NCBI GenBank assembly: GCA_951406725.2
Contig: OX597830.1
Location: forward strand, 78,244,001-78,308,000
Direction of reading: 5' to 3'
DNA length: 64,000 nucleotides
Source of the DNA: Octopus vulgaris
Taxonomy: Eukaryota
In this document: in pieces, positions 57,446 to 64,000 of the stretch
Position numbering within the stretch: position 1 is the first letter of the stretch
Layout: each line of letters begins with the position of its first letter
The notes under the pieces: model-generated
The model's database searches: none
Seen by the model: the letters and a program-made list of their open reading frames with translations, nothing else
Told to the model about the DNA's origin: nothing
Made by a program: the position numbers and the translations under genes

Positions 57446-58145
57446 GGGTGGTGAGCCGGCAGAAATGTTAGCACGCCGGGTGAAATGCTTAGCGGCATTT
57501 CGTCAGCCGTTACGTTCTGAGTTCAAATTCCGCCGAGGTCGACTTTGCCTTTCATCCTTTCGGGATCGATAAATTAAGTACCAGTTACCCACTGTGGATC
57601 GATGTAATCGACTTAATCCCTTTGTCTTTCCCTGTTTGTCCCCTCTATGTTTAGCCCCTTGTGGGCAATAAAGTAATAAATATTTCTCTATCTCTCAATA
57701 TTTCTCTGTTTATAGGGCGGCGAGCTGGCAGAAACGTTAGCACGATGTGTGAAATGCTTAGCGCTATTTCGTCTGTCTTTACGTTCTGAGTTCAAATTCC
57801 ACCGAGGTCGACTTTAGCCTTTCATCCTTTCGCGGTCGATAAATTAAATACTAGTTGCGTACTGGTGTCGATCTAATCGACTAGTTCCCGTCTCCCAAGA
57901 TTTGGGACCTTGTGCCTAGAGCAGAAAAGAATATTTCTCTATTCTTCAGGGTAGCGAGCTGGTAGAATCGTTAGCACGCTGGGCAAAATGTTTAGCCGCA
58001 TTTCCCCCCACTTTACGTTCTGAGTTCAAATCCAAATTTGCCCTTCATCTTTTCGGGGTCAATAAAATAAGTACTGTTTGAGCATTGGGATCGATGTAAT
58101 CGACTTAACCATTCCTCCAAAATTGCTGGCCTTGTGCCTATAAAC
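57446..58145 (+). mobile_element. SINE family A, three tandem copies
   Basis: Each copy is preceded by AATATTTCTCT(G/A)TT. Confidence 0.8.
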
Positions 58146-58296
58146 TTTCCTGTTATAATGCTTATAGCTCCACTCACTGTCTTTCTCTCTTCCACCATAT
58201 TTAATCACCGGTGTATTCTCTAACGCTTTCTCACTCTCTCTTTCTCTCCATCCCTCTCTCTGTGACATCTTGTTTTTTTCACCCTGTCCATTATAC

Positions 58297-58673
58297 CAGG
58301 CATGGGTAGACTTGGCTCATCATCTAGTGGGCCGCACTACTAGGAACTTTTTATTAGACGTGCCATTCTCTAGGCGGTGAGCTGGCAGAAACGTTAGCAC
58401 GCCGGGCGAAATGCGTAACCGTATTTCGTCCGCCGTTACGTTCTGAGTTCAAATTCCGCCGAGGTCGACTTTGCCTTTCATCCTTTCGGGGTCGATAAAT
58501 AAAGTACCAGTTACGCACTGGGGTCGATGTAATCGACTTAATCCCTTTATCCGTCCTTGTTTGTCTCCTCTATGTTTAGCCCTTTGTGGGCAGTAGAGAA
58601 ATATATTAGACGTGCCATTCAGAAAGTCGCGCAGGCTGCATGCGGCTCGCGAGCCGGAGGAGGCCCATGACTG
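58297..58673. mobile_element. hAT-like MITE interrupted by a SINE
   Basis: Termini CAGGCATGGG and CCCATGACTG; imperfect 8-bp TSD CATTATAC/CTCTATAC. Confidence 0.6.
58373..58603 (+). mobile_element. SINE family A copy with a 17-bp TSD
   Basis: GGCGGTGAGCTGGCAGAAACG...GAGTTCAAATTCC (B-box-like)...GCCTTTCATCCTTTCGGGGTCGATAAA; TATTAGACGTGCCATTC duplicated at 58352-58368 and 58604-58620. Confidence 0.85.
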
Positions 58674-59024
58674 CTCTATACAAGCTTTATAATTACTGAT
58701 CATACATGGACTTTTTTCATCATATCGCACTCCCTTCATTCTTACTCCCTCTCACCCTCCCGCTGGTTTTCCCCTCCTTTCCTCCTCTCTCTATATATAT
58801 ATATCTACCCCTTCACTCTCTCACACCTTCCTCTCATTAGTTCTCTCTTCATTCTTGCTATTTCTCTCCCTTTCTCGTCTGTCTATATCTCTGCCTCGCT
58901 CCTTGCTCTCACACCTCCCACACTTTATAGATAACATTCCCTTCCTCCCCTCTCTTACACTTTTCTCTCATTAGTTCACTCTCCCTGTCTCTTTTCTCTA
59001 TATCTCTACCTCTCTCCTCTAATA

Positions 59025-59735
59025 TTCTTTTCTACTCGAGGCACAAGGACCGAAATTATTGTGGAGGGGTCCAGTCAATTAGATCAACCCAGTACGCAAC
59101 TGGTACTTAATTTATCGACCTCGAAAGGATGAAAGGCAAAGTTGACCGCGGCATAATTTGAACTCAAAACGTAAAGACAGACGAAATACCTATTTCTGTT
59201 TCTTTACTACTCACAAGGGGCTAAACACAGAGAGGAAAAAACAAGGACAGACAAACAGATTAAGTCGATTACATCGACTCCAGTACGTAACTGGTACTTA
59301 GTTTATCGACCCCGAAATGATGAAAGGCAAAGTTGACCTCGGCGGAATTTGAACGGCAGACGAAATACAGCTAAGCATTTTCGCCCAGCGTGCTAACGAT
59401 CTGCCAGCTCGCCGCCTTATATTCTTTTCTACTCTAGGCACAAGGCCCGAAATTTTGGGGGAGGGCTCCAGTCGATTAGATCAACTCCAGAATAAAACTG
59501 GCACTTAATTTATCGACCCCGGAAATAAGAAAGGCAAAATCGACCTCGGTGGAATTTGAACTCAGAACGTAAAGACAGACGAAGTACCGCTATGGATTTC
59601 GCCCGGCGTACTAACATTTCTTATTTCTTTATTGCCTACAAAGGGTTAATCATAGAGGGGACAAACAAGGACAGGGGATTAAGTCGATTATATCGACCCT
59701 AGTGCGTAAATGGTACTTAATTTATCGACCCCGAA
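59025..59735 (-). mobile_element. SINE family A cluster
   Basis: Four reverse-complement modules. Confidence 0.8.
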
Positions 59736-59953
59736 TTAATTTATCGATCCACAGTAGAAGACATTTGCCCAAGATGCAACGCAGCATTACTGAACCCATA
59801 AGTATCTAGAGGGAAGCAAATTCTTACCACACAACAAGGCCTGCACCTATAGATATTCTTTTATTTCCCTTTATACTTCCTATATCCATCCTTTTCCAAA
59901 ACAACTCCTCATATTGAACTCTACTATTTCCCTCTATTTAACCATCTCACATC

Positions 59954-60001
59954 GTCTCTGATGAAGGGATATCCCTAATATCCCAGAAACAGCTGTAAGA
60001 C
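59954..60001 (+). ncRNA. Minimal type I hammerhead ribozyme, Penelope-like
   Basis: GTCT-CTGATGA-AGGGATA(TCCCTAA)TATCCCA-GAAA-CAGCTG-TA-AGAC. Confidence 0.8.
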
Positions 60002-60066
60002 TAACTTTCTCTTTATAAATGTCCAGATAATTCCACAATGTCTTGGTTTTGTTGTCTCATTTTATT

Positions 60067-60111
<45 letters not shown>

Positions 60112-60136
60112 CATATATATATACATGTATATATAC

Positions 60137-60187
<51 letters not shown>

Positions 60188-60642
60188 CGTACGTATATAT
60201 ATGTATATCTATATATGTACGTATGTAAGTATATATATATATATATATGTATGTATGTAAGTATGTATGTATATGTGTGAGCTTGTGTGTGTTTTCTGTG
60301 TGTTTCTGTGCTTGTGTGTGTTTGTTTGTGTGTTTGTGTGTCTGCGTATGTGCATGTATGTCACAGTATATATATACCTATATGCAACACATATATCTTT
60401 TTTAATATCCCGAGAATCAATTTTTCTTCATTATTTTACAATAAAGAAAATGACTTTATTTCTTTGGCTCTTTTTTTTTTATTTTACTCATTTTTTTATG
60501 AACCATAAGAAATATACACACGCATGCACATACACTTCCATATAAATGTGTGTTTGTATATGTGAGTATATGTCAGCCGATGTGTGTGTATAAATTCACA
60601 TATATATACACATACGGTATATATGTATATACGTATGTAAAT

Positions 60643-60673
<31 letters not shown>

Positions 60674-61316
60674 TGTATGTATGTATGTATGTATGTATGT
60701 ATGTATGTATGAATGTATGTATGTATGTATGTGTGTATGTATGTATGTATGTGTGTATGTATGTATGTATGTATGTATGTATGTATGTATGTATGTATGT
60801 ATGTATGTATGTATGTATGAATGTATGTATGTGTGTGTGTATGTATGTATGTGTGTACGTATGTATGTGCGTGTAATTACTATAGGAAATAAGTTATAGC
60901 TCCCCCAAAAAACCTTGTTAAAACAAAAACTATAATTTATTGTATAAAAACAGCTAATGTCACGAGAAAATGTATATTTCATTTCATGTTATTAATGTGT
61001 ATTTGGTTCTCGTGTGTGTGTGTGTGTGTATGTGAATGTGTGTGTGTGTATGTGTGTGCATATGATTATATGCGAGGTTGGGTACGTAATGTGTCTAGGT
61101 GGGTAAAATAATATCTATGTATATGTGCGTATTATACATTCACAAACATACGCAACACACACTTACACGCATGCGCGCACACACATACACACATACATAC
61201 ATACATACACACCCACATAAAAACACACACACACAAACACATACATATATATATATATAGGTATATAGGGAGGAAAGTTACGTGTCTGTATTGAAACATA
61301 TATATGTGTGAAATAC

Positions 61317-61347
<31 letters not shown>

Positions 61348-61369
61348 TTTGTGTGTGTGTGAGAGAGAG

Positions 61370-61411
<42 letters not shown>

Positions 61412-61461
61412 TTTGTGTGTGAGAGAGAGAGAGAGTGTGTGTGAGAGAGAGAGAGTGTGTG

Positions 61462-61585
<124 letters not shown>

Positions 61586-61594
61586 AAGAGAGAG

Positions 61595-61625
<31 letters not shown>

Positions 61626-61968
61626 TTATTAAATAGGTGTGTATTATGCATGTGTTTGTGTGTGTTTCTCTTAAGAAAGCATTTAAACAATAATATGCTA
61701 TTTGTCTGTCGAAACAACTGCTTTACGAAACACCGATTATTGTTCTTTTAGATTTTGGCAGAAGACCAGTAAGATCGGCGGAGTGGGTAGGTAGGTATGT
61801 GCTCAACTTATAATTATTTTATCGACCCTGAAAGGCTCCAACAAGAAGTTGACATGGGTGTCATTTGAACTTAGAACATAGAAAGTAAAGAGCCGGAAAA
61901 AAAGCCGCTAAGCATTTTATCGGATGCGGTAACGATTCTGCCCGCTTGCCACCTCAATTAATAAAAGA

Positions 61969-62054
<86 letters not shown>

Positions 62055-62221
62055 TTTTAAATTTATGTATTAGACATTCACTAGTACAACACCAAAAAAA
62101 CCCCCAAATATATGGCACACTAGGCATAACAACAACGTGAACTTCCAACCTGTTGTCTCTTCAGGTCTCTGGGTGAGACTTGGAGCCAACTTGTACAGAC
62201 ATAAAGCAAAAGTCAAACATA

Positions 62222-62489
<268 letters not shown>

Positions 62490-64000
62490 CAGAAAGGATG
62501 CCGCAAAGGCTCATATGGCTGTAAAGATCAACTAATGATTAATAAAGCCATAACTGAAGACAGCCACAGAAAGAAGAAAGGCCTCAGTATGGCCTGGATT
62601 GACTACAAAAAGGCGTTTGATAGCATCCCCCACACATGGATCCTCGAAACACTAGCCATTAACAAAGTAGCACCAACAATCATAAAATTCATAGAGCACT
62701 CTATGAATAAATGGCAAACAGTCCTACACCTCCAAACAAAAGAGGGACTCATGAAAACCAAAGACATCCCCATTAGAAGAGGAATATTCCAGGGAGACAC
62801 GCTCTCTCTACTCCTTTTCTGCTTGACACTGTCACCTCTATCTGATATGCTAAATAGAACTGGATGCGGATATAAATGTTACGGCAAAACGATCAGCCAC
62901 CTTTTATATATGGATGACCTAAAACTATACGCTGCAAATGACAAACAGCTGGAAACACTATTAAAGACAGTTCATGGATTTACCAAAGAAATAGATATGA
63001 AATTTGGATTAGAAAAATGCGCCAAAGTAACCATGAAAAGAGGAAGACTAGTTAAGAGTAACAACATCACACTAGATAAAACCAATGAAATAAAAGAATT
63101 AGACCAAAGCCAAACTTACAAATACTTAGGAATCCATGAACTAGATAAGACACAACACACACAAATGAAAGAGAAAATAAAAAAAGAATATTATAGACGA
63201 GTTAGATCAATACTAAACACAGAGCTCAATGCTAAAAACAAGATAATAGGTATCAACACTTTAGCTGTCCCAGTTATAAGTTACAGCTACAATATCCTTA
63301 ACTGGACACGAAATGAACGGACCAAAATGGATAGGAAAACAAGAAAAATAATGACAGGATCTAGGATGCATCACCCAAAATCTGACATAGAAAGACTATA
63401 TATACAGCTGGAAAACTACTATAAAATAACCACCATAGGACTGCAAAAATATCTACTTCAGAAGGATGGAAAACTGATCCAGATAGCGGCAAAACACGAG
63501 CAAAACAAAAAACTGTTCTCAGTATTTAAGGAAGCTGACAAATACAAACAAGAAATCATACCACCTAATAAACATGAAGAAGAAGAAGAAGATGAAGAAA
63601 CAACAAAAGCTATAAAACAAATGAAATCCAAACTAAAAATAGAACAGCAACGAACCATGATAAAACGATGGCAAGAAAAGCCCCTTCATGGTAAATACTG
63701 GACTAAACTAAACACAAAAGAAATAGACAAAGAAAAATCCCAGCAATGGTTGAGAAGCTCAGGACTCAAAGCAGGAACAGAGGGATTTTTAATTGCAGCA
63801 CAAGACCAAAGCCTCCCCACCAGAAATGACCAAAAACATGTAATGAAAAGAAATATTACAAATAACTGCAGAATATGTGGAGATGGACAAGAAACAATAA
63901 ATCATATTATCTCTAGCTGCCCAGTCCTGGCTAAGAAGGAATATATTCACAGACATGACAGAGTTGGAACCTACATACATTGGAAGCTATGCCAACATTA
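62490..64000 (+). mobile_element. 5'-truncated R4/Dong-like RLE non-LTR retrotransposon; reverse transcriptase plus CCHC knuckle, frame runs off the window end
   Basis: One frame gives QKGCRKGSYGCKDQL, AWIDYKKAFDSIPH, GIFQGDTLS, HLLYMDDLKLY (YMDD at 62907), FGLEKC, YKYLG, CRICGDGQETINHIISSC and RHDRVG. Starts directly after (AAT)n. Missing from the ORF track because no stop falls within the window. Confidence 0.92.

Overview
AT-rich eukaryotic DNA packed with microsatellites ((TA)n, (CA)n, (AAT)n, (GATA)n), tRNA-derived SINEs and decayed transposons. The repeat landscape suggests a cephalopod, probably Octopus (inference). No host exon is recognisable, and nearly all ORFs in the track are microsatellite or SINE artefacts. 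Recognisable coding remnants are an R4/Dong-like RLE-LINE open frame (62490 to window end) plus several 3' fragments in (AAT)n, mariner and maT-type transposase fragments, a CR1-like fragment and a Penelope-like C-terminal fragment. The main finding is a 7.3-kb array of 15 near-identical 481-bp units (46740-54010) inside a (TA)n tract, each unit carrying a complete type I hammerhead ribozyme motif, as in a non-LTR retrozyme or Penelope-derived circular-RNA retroelement. At least six more hammerhead loci with unrelated sequence occur elsewhere; three sit in inverted repeats (6881-7217, 23382-23499, 42749-43441) and one has a U3-A8 compensatory core. All structures were read by eye; no folding or database search was run.
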